From assembly GCA_025603075.1 (NCBI GenBank), contig MU626412.1:1-47288 (forward strand): a stretch of 47,288 nt of DNA, in the 5' to 3' direction. A program made the position numbers and the translations under genes. The DNA is from Neoconidiobolus thromboides FSU 785. Lineage: Eukaryota; Fungi; Entomophthoromycota. This document shows, piece after piece, positions 35,486 to 47,288 of this stretch (position 1 is its first letter; each line of letters starts with the position of its first letter). The notes under the pieces are model-generated. The model had not been told where the DNA came from. It did no database searches and worked only from the letters and a program-made list of their open reading frames with translations.

Positions 35486-36131
35486 TCTAACTCTTTTAAT
35501 ACCTTTTGTTATATAAAAAGTTATTATAAGTCTATAAAATAAATTGCTTTTTGTATAATTATATGTAATCGATAAAGAAGAAAGTTCACAGCTATGTTTA
35601 AAAATTGCATTGGTGGAAAAAAATAAAAAGAATAGATCAATGACTACAAGATTATTGTTGCGTTTTAAAACACAAATTACCTTGTCAAAAGAATTTTAAC
35701 ATAAAAAGGGTTTATAAAGATTACAAAAAATGAGAGCGAATCATCTGGTTCTACTACCCACTATTACTCTTTATTGAAATTCATCTAACCCCTTATAATT
35801 GTGTTTGGATATTTATGAACACTACCTTAAGTACGTGATTTTAAACGTATGTAAGCACTTTTTGAACTAACCTTGATAAATCTTACTATCTTTAATAAAC
35901 CTCAATATTCTTATACCAATAGGTTACAATAAAAATGAGAGTCAGTTCATAATCAACAAAAGGGTGACTAAATTGTTTTAAAACTTAGTAAAATGCAGTA
36001 ATGGGAATTTTTAAATAATTTTTATCTTTATGTGCTAAATTTATACCATAAAACTTTCTTTTGCAGAAATATGTCCTTTAGGCCTATAAGGCCCATAAAA
36101 AAGAAATTGCTAAACTATAATATTAGAAATT

Positions 36132-36227
36132 GGGGCTGTTTTTTTTGGTTTCATAACTTCCATTTTTCAAGCGCTATTTGAGCAGAGAGATTATTAGTAA
36201 AACTATTAAGCAAAAAAATACATCCCC
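36132..36227 (+). mobile_element. MITE-like repeat, copy 10
   Basis: GGGGCTGTTTTTTTTGG...CAAGCGCTATTTGAGC...AAAATACATCCCC with AATT / AATT flanks. Confidence 0.88.
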
Positions 36228-36563
36228 AATTGTTCAATTGTTCAATTAGTTTATGTACTATTGCATCTACGTAAACTGAAATTAATTTTAATGAATTTGT
36301 ATAGTGTCATGTTTTGTATATATTGTTACAAAATATTTTAATATTTTGATCACATTAATTTTAAAGTTCTAAAAAGAATCTGTATCTTAACTTAGACAAC
36401 AAATGGTAATATTAAAACCTCATTAAGAGCTACTAAACGCGGTAGATATTTTCAACTAATATTTAAAAAGAAAAAAGAAAAAAGAAAAAAGAAAAAAGAA
36501 AAAAAGAATTGCAAACATATAAAAATCGAAATAATTAATGCATAAGATAAATAAAACTTGTAA

Positions 36564-37379
36564 ATGTGGGAGTATTATACAAATATTATATACATATGTT
36601 TAGCATTAACAATAATCATCGTAATGCCTATTATATCTTACTTTGGTGGCACCTATTTTTATAGGTTCAAAGTATTTATTAGAGAAGAAATAAATAATGA
36701 AAGAAGTAATAATAATTTAGAGATTGAGCAGGGTAATAATTTGATTCAATTAAGAGGAGTAGAAGTGGAAAATACCTCAACTGTAAATAATAATAAATTT
36801 AAACCAAGCGCTGAAGACAAAAACAAAATCATAGTGAAAGAAAATAATTGTATATTTTTTAATGATAGTTGCATTATTCAAGGCAAATACCTGACTTTAA
36901 TTCCAGAGTCGGTTTACTACGAAATTGAATTGATAAATTTTACTGATAACTATGAATTTTTATTTGGGTATGCGGATAAAAGTACTTCTCAAATTCATGG
37001 TACTTCCTATATTTATAGTATTAATTTATAAACTTATCAATTTAACATAGAATCACATATACTATTAAGTAATAGAATATATGGTATGAATATTAACAAG
37101 AAAGAATATCCAAATACTTTTGTTCATACTCTCAAGAAAGGTGATATCATAGGCTGTTTTTATGATAGATTTCTAGGCGAAATAACATTTACTTATAACG
37201 GAAACGACCTATGCTACTATTTTTTTCAATTAGGTGTGATATATCCTACTATATATAGTACTAAAGGTACCTTGCTTAAATATAATTTTGGAAATAAGTC
37301 TTTCCTTTATCGTCGAGCTAATCAGCTTAAACTTGGCATAGGATGTAACTATATACAAGAGGTCCCTCCTAGTTACTAA
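36564..37379 (+). CDS. SSH4-like TM-SPRY protein, paralog 3 (254 aa) ending in a PPSY motif
   Basis: Exons 36564-36999 and 37051-37379; intron at the same position and phase as in paralog 1. N-terminal TM helix, SPRY motifs, C-terminal PPxY. Confidence 0.8.
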
Positions 37380-38068
37380 CTTGACTCTTTTAATATCATC
37401 TGTTGTGTATATAAATACTTTTAAAGCTTAAAACTTTAAGACATTTATATTTTGAATTAAAGTTATATTTAAATTCAAAAATCAAATAACTACTATGTAT
37501 TTATACTCTTAATGGTTTAATTAAAACGTTTAGAAAGATCATATAGCTATTTTATGTCTTGTTAGTGTAAGCTTTAATAGTATTAAGGAAACAGGATATC
37601 CATTAAGATTTAAATGTGTTGATTTGTTGCCTGTTGTATATTTATTTTTATATATACTGTTGATTTTGTACTTTAAGTATTTTTGTTGTATCGTCTTTTA
37701 TATTTAAAATAGCCGAGTAAACAAAATTTAAATACAGTCTTAATATCATGATACTAAAGTTTGTATAAAGATAAATTTTTACTTTTAGAATTGGAACATC
37801 AAAAAAGTAATTAGGAAATAAATTATTTGTTTTCAAATGCAAAGACACTAATATGCTATATAATAATACAATCAATCACTTTTAAGTAATAGCTATTTGT
37901 TTGAAAAGTTAGCATTAATATAGAACAAAAAAATCATTCATTATATAAATTATAAAAGAAAATATTATAATTTATTTAAATAATCTTTATGATCTTATAA
38001 TTATTAAATATAGTACTTGTACTTAATAATTAAACTCTTAGGATTTTAACTTAACATTGTATATTCAT

Positions 38069-38161
38069 TTTTTTTATAATTATAAAGCTTATTTATTTAT
38101 AAAGTTATAACATATATTATTTTAACTTTATAAATAAATAAGCTTTATAATTATAAAAAAA
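38069..38161. repeat. Perfect 39-bp inverted repeat with 15-nt spacer
   Basis: 38069-38107 (TTTTTTTATAATTATAAAGCTTATTTATTTATAAAGTTA) is the exact reverse complement of 38123-38161. Confidence 0.95.
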
Positions 38162-38169
38162 CATGGTAA

Positions 38170-38640
38170 TTTGCTTTATATTCTCCACTTTTGGCAACAA
38201 GAGCTTGTAAATCACATTTTTATTGTTGGGATTAAAAGTAAATATTAAAGTGATTGAATAAAAAGTACAAGATGATTTAATACTTTTAAACATACATTAT
38301 TTCACTTGATATTTAAAGTGATAAAGCATGTTACTTAGCAAATAAAACTTGCTTTAGACAAACAATCTTCTGTTTATTTAACTGTATTTAAGTATTTATC
38401 CTATTAAGATAAATTGTTTAATTACTTGGCAATTATTAGTTTGGTATTTTTATGTATTACTTCAAATAACTGGATGATTTATAAAATACTCAAATCTTAT
38501 TTAAACATTGATTCAGTTGCCCAATTAAATTTAAACCTGAACTTTTAATTATAAGGATTATTAAGAATAAGAGCCTTGTAAAGTTTCCACTTTAAGAATA
38601 AAAAGGAAAGTCAAAGTTTAAATAGAAAACTGCTTAATTT
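38170..38640 (-). pseudogene. Possible decayed Zn2Cys6-TF paralog fragment (middle region)
   Basis: Stop-ridden translation gives KFRFKFNW...VIKQFILIG, with spacing similar to YFNFNFNEQW...ILKKIVILSG of 28026-29678. No Cys6 cluster found. Confidence 0.3.
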
Positions 38641-39302
38641 GTAAATAAGAAAAGGAATAAATCAGTGTACCAAATAAACATGTTTACATTTTTAAATTGA
38701 ATTCTTTAATGGCCATATTAGGAAAAGTTTAGGCAATAAAACAGCAAATAGTTGAATGGAGAAATAAAACTAGTTTCTTTTTTCAATTACTATTAAGTTG
38801 CTTTGGCAAATCATGTCTCTCCTTATCTATCCTTGCTTAAATCTGAGTTTTAAGTAAATAAATTTCATTTTTCAATAATCTCATCTTTCTTATTTTATTT
38901 TAATTACTAAACAATCCAAGTTAGTTAAATCAATCTTTTAACTTATAATATCACAACTTCATTCGATTTGATTTCAAAGCTTAACTAATGTCCGAAGTAT
39001 ATCGATTTTTAAGTAACTTGGGTTTAGAGCATTATTATAATAATTTTGTATACAATGGTTATAATACAATTGATTTGGTAGGTTAATCAAAGTATATTCT
39101 TGAAATATCATTGTCCTTTGAACTTTTGTAAATAAACGACCTAACAGAATTTAGTTATATAGACTTGATTATAATGCCTTGGAATCATTGGGGATCTATA
39201 AAGAACATCAAACTGTAACATTAATTGATACTCAAATTTTAAGATTATTAATAAATATTTAAGATTATTTTAGAATCATTAAGGCAAAATAGTAAGAATC
39301 CA

Positions 39303-40182
39303 ATGGCAATAAGTAATATACTTGAGTCTCCAACAATAAAGAGAACCACTTCTTATCCGCAGGAATATCTACCTACTGTTCAAAAATTTCCAGGTACAAA
39401 AACGTACCCTCCACCTTTAGGTAGATCAAAATTATTTATTTTATATCTAAATTCTAAAAGAAAGGAATAGTTAACCGACATAGTGATGTACAATTGTATC
39501 CAATGAATAATACTACTTCAACATCACAATTTTTTAGGCCACCTAACTTTCCTCAAAACAATTATGATGCTACCTGGATTAATTCTTCTGTATCCGAGGA
39601 AAAAGGTGCGTTTGATTCTAAATATTATCAAAATAGTGCCAGTAGTGATTCTCATAATAAAAAACAGGGAGGCTCTTCGCCGTTAATGGGAAACGAAACT
39701 GAAATAAGTAAAAGAAAATATCGAAGGCATCCAAAGACGGATCCTAATGCACCAGCTAAGCCACAGACTGCTTATATAAAATTTTCTTCATCAGTCAGAG
39801 AAAGTGGTAAATTCAAACAATTAAGCTTTACGGAGTCAGCAAAAGTAGTAGCTAAGCTTTGGAAAGATTTAGATCAAAGTACAAAGAATTATTTTTTGCA
39901 AGAAGCCCATAAGGATAGAATAAGATATAGAGAAGAAATGGCAGTTTATCGTACCTCAAGCAGTTATAGGGTAATTTGAACAAAAAAAACTAATACTTTA
40001 GTTAAAAATCACTTTTAGGAATACAGAGCATATCTTACAGAATTTTACGGTCAAGGTGGACAAATAGGTAATTTTAGCATAAAAATAAGTTATTAACTTA
40101 ACATTCCATTTTAATAGTCAGAAGTGTTGGAAGACCCGCTAAGTTATCTACACCCGAGTTACATAAAAATATGTTTCAATAA
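39303..40182 (+). CDS. HMG-box protein (HMG20/Nhp10-like fungal type), 243 aa, 4 exons
   Basis: Exons 39303-39420, 39471-39970, 40019-40067, 40118-40182. KRKYRRHPKTDPNAPAKPQTAYIKF...AKLWK...Y..EM..YR...Y.EY; the last exon encodes RSVGRPAK. Confidence 0.85.
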
Positions 40183-43100
40183 GCATATTTTTTTATTCAT
40201 TTAGTTTGATTAAACAATACCACTAATAAATAAAAGTTGATTGTTTTTAGTTAAATAGAGATTGTATTATATGTGAAATCATATTTTGATTGCTATAATT
40301 ATAAAATATAAAATGATTTTAAAATTCTAATAAAGGAGAAATAAAGGGATATTGGGTAAATAGAAATAAAAACTTTATTTTTTCCTTATTAAAATGATTT
40401 TTAAATCGATTTTTACTTAGGCATTAAATACCGTATCATTTTATTTGCTCCATGCTTATTTCTGGTTTAAACCATATAACTAAAATAAAAATCATGCAAT
40501 TTCTATTAAGCTTGTGGTAAAGTCAAAATGTATTGTATAATTTATAAATCCGTTGATTTAACTTTATTTCAAAAAGGAGGAAAAATAGCATTTATTTTTA
40601 CTAAAAAAGATGAATTTAAAAGGGTAAAAAAAGAGGCTATTTTGACTGCAAAATAATCGCTCAAAGGAGACCATTGCTACAAGTCATTGGTTAAAATAAC
40701 ACGAAAAAATATATCATGTTGCAAGGCTTATCGTTCCTGTATAGAATACTTTATCTTTGATAAAAATAACTCACTTCATAACACTTAAAAATAGAATATC
40801 TAATAATTATAGTCTATAATTATTACTATTATTTTATCATTTGATAACGATTCTATTGCTTCCAATCTAATTAATTTGCCAACTTTATTTTGCTATAAAT
40901 AGTTTTAAAAAGCTTAATTTAATTTGGTGCGGGGATAGCTGTCTACTTTTCTAAAATGTCTATACTTGAAATTTAGGATGTCAAATGGTATATAACATTG
41001 TACTGATTGTCGTTGTTCGTATATTGCATTTGAATTCTAATATTATACATTATACATTACACTATATAATTGAATAACAATTTTGCTGATTTAACTAAAT
41101 TAGCCTGCTTTATTCTAGGCAGTTTTTGATAAATTTTATAGAAGCTACGGCCAATAAAAATATGTAAGTAGGAATACTATTTGTTCCAAAAATCATGATC
41201 TAACTTTAATTAAATCAGCTGCAAGGTAACACCATATTTATTCTTATAAACATTAGTGAATAAAATATTTTTTATAACTTATTTAGAAATAGTAATATTT
41301 AGAAATTAGCGTAGAAACTTTAAATAGCAAAAACAACAAAAACAATACTATTAGACCTTATTTATTATATATTCTATTTAGCAGAATAATGGCGACTGTT
41401 TATTATTATATTTTATTTTATTTAAATGAACATTTTATTTCTTAATTATTTAACTGCTATTTAAATTTAGTTGAACTAACTTGTGGTTCTTTATGCTATT
41501 TGCTCAGCCTTTTTAAGTGCTGTGTATACAAATTTATCTTTATTTTAGTTATACAAATTTGGAAATAGAACTCTGAAAAGTGATATAAAATCGTGTAATT
41601 TTATGAATACAACTTAAAACGTTTACATCATAGTAACATGATAGAATAGATCCCATTTCCACAGAAGTGACTTTAAAATCATAGCGATTTGAGCCAATTT
41701 TGAACTTTGAGCATGAGTGTAGATAAAATTATTTGGAATTGCTCTTACTTTAAATATCAGGTTAATATATACAAATAGATTTTGACAGTGTATTTTTTAA
41801 TTATACATAGACATTGAAGTATTTAAAAAACAATAAAATTTAACTACTAATGAATATGTCATTTACTCCTTTTATCCTTTTAAATTGAGATTGGATTAAT
41901 TTTGCTTTTTGTTTTTTGGATCGAAAATTAAACATTGAAAATTATAAGCTATTATCCGAAAATTACATATAGAATGATAGTTTATAAAACCGTGATAGTA
42001 TTCATTTCAAAGTGAAATTTATTTTGAAAGCATGAAATTGAATAGCAGGTCCATGAGTTACTTTTTACTATATTGGGTAGCATCCGTTTCTTATTATAAA
42101 TTGCAAACTTGTTTTAATAAATAAATAAATAAAATTGTGGATGTTTAAAGTTATCTATAGTAATATTCTTCAAGTAAGTTTTCAGCGAACTTTTACTTAA
42201 ATATTTATTTTCCCTGCTTTTTTACTATCTTGAATTTTAGTAGTTAAGTTTACTATTAGTACAAATCATTTACTTAATATAAAATATTGTAGCAACATAC
42301 TCAATTATTTATTCATTATATACTAATTCTAAAATCCAAAATATAACTATTGCTATCATATTAATCTACAGCCTTAAAGTTAATTTTATACTTTATACCA
42401 AATATGTAGAAAATAGTGCTACTGAAAATAAAAACTTAAATTTAAATAGAATTATAAAATTAGACACAAAAGGAAATCTAAGATTAAACAGGTTTATCAT
42501 GTGTAAAAAATGGGCAAATAGTCGTAGAAGCGTAAATTTAAGATTTTAAACTCAGATAGTGATTAAAATAAAATAAAAATAAGTGTTAGATATATTTAAA
42601 AATATCCAATGATTTTAACACAACTAATATAAAAGAGCAGAAGATAATTATTACGGAAATTAAATAATTAACAATTAAAAGCTTCATGCTAATTTTAAAA
42701 AACTATCTAGTTAAAAGTAGTCTTTATTACTTATTATTTTTGATATGAAAAATTTATTTATCTATATTTAAATAAATTGTTATTTTTTTTCCCAAATACT
42801 CAAATATTAATCTAAGCGTTAAAACTATTTAATAGTCAGGATATAAAATACATCAAAGCTGATGCATTTTTAAATATGACTATCATTTATACTTAAATAG
42901 AACAACCATTTTATGCACTCATGTCTCATCCCTAACCACTCTTACCATAGTAAACTCAATTTTTATGTATGCTACTTCTTCTAACTCCGAGATCCTTTTA
43001 CCCTACCATTCTCTGCTCCTATCTTGCTCTTTACAGGATTAAACAACTTACTATTGATAATTGTTTAATATCCTATTACTAAAACAGTAATGCTATAATA

Positions 43101-43699
43101 AACTCGACTCGAGAATAAAGCACTATCTCCTCAAGCATCTAACCATGCCTGCTTCTACAATTATCTTGATTTATTAAAATATTTGCCTAGGTTCTAATAT
43201 ATATCACCCTAAATATCCTCCTCAGTTAATATTATATCAATCAAATAAAATCTATATAAAGCTCACTTTTGAATTTTTTAAGAATTTTGTAAACATAAAA
43301 ATGCTTAAGCTAGCTACTCTTTTTACATTTTTACTCACATCTCTTTATAGTACTCTGATACAAGCTAAGAAATCAAAGTTTGGTTATTTGCTAAGTGAGC
43401 AAAACTTTTATTCATCTAAAAATATATAAAAAAACAAGTGAAAAAGTAAAAAGAGAAAAGAGTAAGAAGTAGAATATAAGGAGAACTAGAAAGACAAATT
43501 ATATGATTTAGTAAAAAATACTATTAGTTATAAGTTAATCCTTTGAAAATAACTGCATTATTACAAGTACTGCTAAATCTTGTAAGAAATGTAGAAGGAT
43601 CCTTTAGTTAAACTTTCTTTTTAGTTTAGTAAAGAATCACCATAAAAAATATACTGTAGTTGGGTTTTTTTTCAAAGTCTAAACTTAGAGGGTGGTTGT

Positions 43700-44400
43700 C
43701 CTGCTAAATGAAACAATGGTTTGATAAATATTGAGGGGCCATTTAGGAAGAGCTTCAATGCCTTAGATATTTTAGCTTAATATTACAATAACTTAAAAAA
43801 TGTCGTTAACTTAAAATATATACCACTCAATAATAAAATGGAATGGGTATTATTATGGCTTTTCCTCTCCAAGGCAAATCTCCCAAGTATTCTATTAACT
43901 AAAACAAAAGTATAAACACTAAAGTTAGTAAACTTTAGGTGCTAGATTATTTGAGGAAGGTTATTTGGAAAAACGGCAATGGGATTCAAGGCTTTTTCAT
44001 CTTTTCAGAAGTGAACAAAGGATATATTAACCGTCTCGTTTTTGTTCTTCATTTTTCTCCATAATTGAATTTGAAAAGTGGTTATATTAAATGGTAAAGA
44101 TGAAGGACAGATGGGTTAAATTGAGTTGATATAAAGTTTTTATAAAGGGCCATAAACTTTTAGAGGAGATTAAAGATCTAACCAGCAACGATATCTTAGA
44201 CATAGGGTAAATGATTTATTAAATATAGTCAAATAATGATATGGAAATAGGTTGATTTTAAGGGTAATAATGATGGGGACTCACCATTATAACATTATGG
44301 TATAAGAATTAGATTTATGAAGGATGATGAGATCTAAAATTCAACAATGCAGGCATTTTCCTTGGATGAGTTTGAATCAAGTAATCATGATTAGAGAATT
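43700..44400 (-). mobile_element. Possible heavily decayed non-LTR (L1/Tx1-like) reverse-transcriptase relic
   Basis: One stop-ridden minus frame gives, in order, INHLPYV*DI (cf. xHLxYADD), FISTQFNP, LIYPL and LPWRGKAII (cf. LSxxGRxxL). Motif spacing is imperfect. Confidence 0.3.
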
Positions 44401-44556
44401 AAATCATGTATAGATAAACTTCCTTAGTATGATTGAGAGTTTAAGGCTTAGGCTTATAGATAACGAGAAACTAATAAATGGATGGATAGACAGAAATAGT
44501 TTACTAATAAATAAGCTATACTCCTTTTTGTAAAAAGCAGGCTGTAGAAATCTATT

Positions 44557-44648
44557 AAGGATATTTTTTTGACTTCACCTTTTCCATCTTTCAAGTGCTA
44601 CTTGAATGGAAAAACTGTTGTAAAATTCTTAAATATAAAAAAATCTCT
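44557..44648 (+). mobile_element. MITE-like repeat, copy 11 (first unit of tandem dimer)
   Basis: AAGGATATTTTTTTGACTTC...CAAGTGCTACTTGAATGGAAAA...AAATCTCT. Confidence 0.8.
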
Positions 44649-44652
44649 ATAC

Positions 44653-44750
44653 GAGGATGTTTTTTTGGATTCATTACTTTTTCTATCTTTCAAGCGCTAT
44701 TTGAGCGGAAAAATTATTAATGAAATTATTAAACACAAAAGTACATCTCC
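44653..44750 (+). mobile_element. MITE-like repeat, copy 12 (second unit of tandem dimer)
   Basis: GAGGATGTTTTTTTGGATTCATTAC...CAAGCGCTATTTGAGCGGAAAA...GTACATCTCC with flanks ATAC / ATAT. Confidence 0.88.
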
Positions 44751-45501
44751 ATATCTTGATTAGGAGCATTGAACTTAGTAAGCAATGAGATGATTTTGTG
44801 AGGATCTAGAAGAAGAGGCTGTCGAATTCAATTATTAAAATATTTAAGATTGAATTCTAATTAATATGATATTTTAACATTAAGGCCTAGTCTTTTCAAA
44901 TAAATCGTATATAGCAAAGTAATATAAATTTTCAAAATAAATATTTGAGAAGGATAAAAACTAAAGAATAGTGGAGAAAAATTAAATAAGAAAACCCTTT
45001 CAAAAAGTTAAATAACACTTTAAATGAGTCTTCTGAATACACCTATATAATAGACTAAATATTTAATACAATATAGTAAACATTTCAAGAATTCCTTAAA
45101 CAAAAATAATTTTAACTGGGTTTATGCTAGATGAAAATAATTTAGCTAAACTGAGCATGGAAGTTTAGTCTTTGACACATTCTGGCTTTTTGGGGCAATA
45201 TCTGAAATAATTTAAAATGAATACTTTTTATTATCATATAGGAAATTATTTAATGAAATATAATAAACAACAAACTACTTAAAACATGACTATAATATCC
45301 TAAAAAAAGAAGTATAGAAAACGAATGAATGTTTATCACAAGTCTTGATTCAAAGCACATATAAAACAACAAACTTTGAAAATAACGATTTTAATGAGAT
45401 TATTCTTTAAATTAATGGAATTAGGAATTAAGAAATAAGGATCAAGATGAAAGGGCAAAAGTGTAGAAGGAAAAAGACAAAATTGATTGGTTTATAGATT
45501 A

Positions 45502-46818
45502 CTATGACCATTCAAAGTACGTTTTTGACTTTTTGGCTGGTGAACTATCATAACTTTCATTTCGACTATGATTATGAGCTAGACTATGATTATCTGAGTT
45601 AAAGTGGGGTGCATATTCGGTTTTAGGATCTATCTCTATCTCATCGCTATCCACATCAATATTATACCAATCTTTTGGTATATTTTGAAGTTGGATAGAA
45701 GGTGTAATTTCCGCTCTTTTGAGTACTTCCATGACTTGTTGGATTGTATCATTAATATCTTTTTTTGTATTCAAATTGGCTATATTCTCATTTGCTTTAA
45801 TTTCTAAATTAGCTTTCCATCCATCTGTCCCAATAAAAGAATTCTCTGGTAACATATCCTCCAATTCAACACCCAATGCTACCCCAGTTTCTAATGTCCA
45901 AGTTCTAGCTACATTTTGGGTAGTATAGCCACCTCCACCAAGTACAACTAAAGGTAAATTAAATGATTTGATATAATTTAGACATTGTGAATGTCCTTTA
46001 TTGGACAAGTTAAACCCACCAAGTCGATCACCTGCAACTGAATCAGCTCCCATTTGTAATACAATTACCTCAGGATTATATCGATTTATACATTCAAAAA
46101 CAATTTTATTAAAAATTGTTTCATAATCTTGATCATTAATACCTCTTTTCAAAGGAACATTAATTGAATAATTTGTTCCAATTCCACTTCCACTTTCTTT
46201 AGTTTCTCCAGTAGCTGGGAAAAAGTCTCCATATTGATGAAAAGATAGAGTCATAACTCGATTACTTTCATAAAAGAACTGCTCAACACCATCACCATGA
46301 TGAACATCAATATCAATATATAATACACGTTGATGATATCTCAAAAGATCAATAATACATGCTACAATATCATTAGCAAAGCAAAAACCAGATGCACTTG
46401 CCTTTTTAGCATGATGCATACCACCTGCCCAATTGATACAGATATCTGAAGTACCTTGGTTAATATTTTTAGCACAAAGTAAACTTCCTCCAACTGTACT
46501 TGACATGTAGTCATATACACCTTTAAATAATGGACAGTCTTCATCTAAACTATGTGTCCTTTTATTTGTATTATAATTTTTATTTATGGTGGATGGCGTA
46601 AAATTGCGAATATAGTCAATGTATTCTGGAGAGTGAATAGCCTTCAGTTGGTTTTCAGTTGCTTTATCATAAATAAACACACTTAAAGAGTCAAATAAAT
46701 TATAGTTTTTGACAAGCTCATGGGTCATATCAACACGAACAGGCTCCATAGGATGACATGGAGAGAAATAATAAGATTGTTCGCCAGGTGCATAAAAATA
46801 GCCAACATTACGACCCAT
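45502..46818 (-). CDS. Class I histone deacetylase (Rpd3/Hos2/Clr6 family)
   Basis: Intronless 438 aa with HPM.P, GGMHHAKK..ASGFC, DIDVHHGDGVE, GADS..GDRLG and GGGGYT catalytic and zinc-binding motifs intact. Confidence 0.93.
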   Translation of the reverse strand: MGRNVGYFYAPGEQSYYFSPCHPMEPVRVDMTHELVKNYNLFDSLSVFIYDKATENQLKAIHSPEYIDYIRNFTPSTINKNYNTNKRTHSLDEDCPLFKGVYDYMSSTVGGSLLCAKNINQGTSDICINWAGGMHHAKKASASGFCFANDIVACIIDLLRYHQRVLYIDIDVHHGDGVEQFFYESNRVMTLSFHQYGDFFPATGETKESGSGIGTNYSINVPLKRGINDQDYETIFNKIVFECINRYNPEVIVLQMGADSVAGDRLGGFNLSNKGHSQCLNYIKSFNLPLVVLGGGGYTTQNVARTWTLETGVALGVELEDMLPENSFIGTDGWKANLEIKANENIANLNTKKDINDTIQQVMEVLKRAEITPSIQLQNIPKDWYNIDVDSDEIEIDPKTEYAPHFNSDNHSLAHNHSRNESYDSSPAKKSKTYFEWS

Positions 46819-47288
46819 ATTGTTTAATGATTAAGTGATCAAAAAATGAATGGTTGGATCTTAAAAATTTCCAGTTCATTACTTTTGAATTCCATGACTT
46901 AGAAATTTTGCACAGTAATAAATTGGAAAATGATAGTTATTCTTTGCAGAAACTATTCTAATAAATCCGATTTTTAAAATATTGCAGTTTGCTGGTAATA
47001 TTAATTTTTTACTTTCAGCCAATAGTTTTTTAATGAATATTAGAAATGAAGATTTTCTCATGTAAAAGTATTTATTATTAAAGTGCTAAATCTATATATT
47101 ATTATATTCATTATCTTAATAATTGCAGTAAGACTTTATCAAACACTAAGCATTATTATATAAGTAGAATTGAATATAGATCTAATAGTATTTTTAAAGT
47201 AAAATAGTAGCATTTAAATCTAATATTTCTAAAGTGTTACTGTTACAATTAATTTGTTTCATTAAATTTACCTCAATTTCTTTTTTTA

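Noticed and set aside
35295-35516. 73-aa ORF
   Set aside because: Wrong frame of SPRY pseudogene 4; the homologous frame is shifted.
44569-44763. 64-aa ORF over the MITE dimer
   Set aside because: Chance open frame across two non-coding repeat units; no transposase similarity.
45604-46544. Three short ORFs overlapping the HDAC
   Set aside because: Antisense or alternate-frame shadows of a conserved CDS.

Overview
Very AT-rich eukaryotic DNA with short GT-AG introns (about 44-76 nt). The gene set (Zn2Cys6 transcription factors, HAL/Npr1-type kinase, SSH4-like SPRY proteins, DUF3712) indicates a fungus. An early-diverging lineage such as Entomophthorales is my inference only. I reconstructed about 19 intact-looking genes, several spliced and only partly visible in the ORF track: a mucin-like membrane protein (3' part), a kinase, TOE1/CAF1-like nuclease, COX17, two Zn2Cys6 TFs, DUF3712, a Kelch-type membrane protein, a 5-exon Dabb-barrel gene absent from the track, two tandem secreted Kunitz/BPTI proteins, two SPRY proteins, TruB/PUS4, an active-site-degenerate cyclophilin with a 7-nt micro-exon, an HMG-box protein and a class I HDAC. 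There are also two SPRY pseudogenes. The strongest non-genic signal is a ~97-bp hairpin element with GGGGATG...CATCCCC terminal inverted repeats and 4-bp target-site duplications (mostly ATAT), present 13 times (about one per 3.6 kb). Two copies sit inside a SPRY pseudogene, where removing element plus 4 bp restores the reading frame. All calls come from manual translation and motif recognition; no database searches were run.
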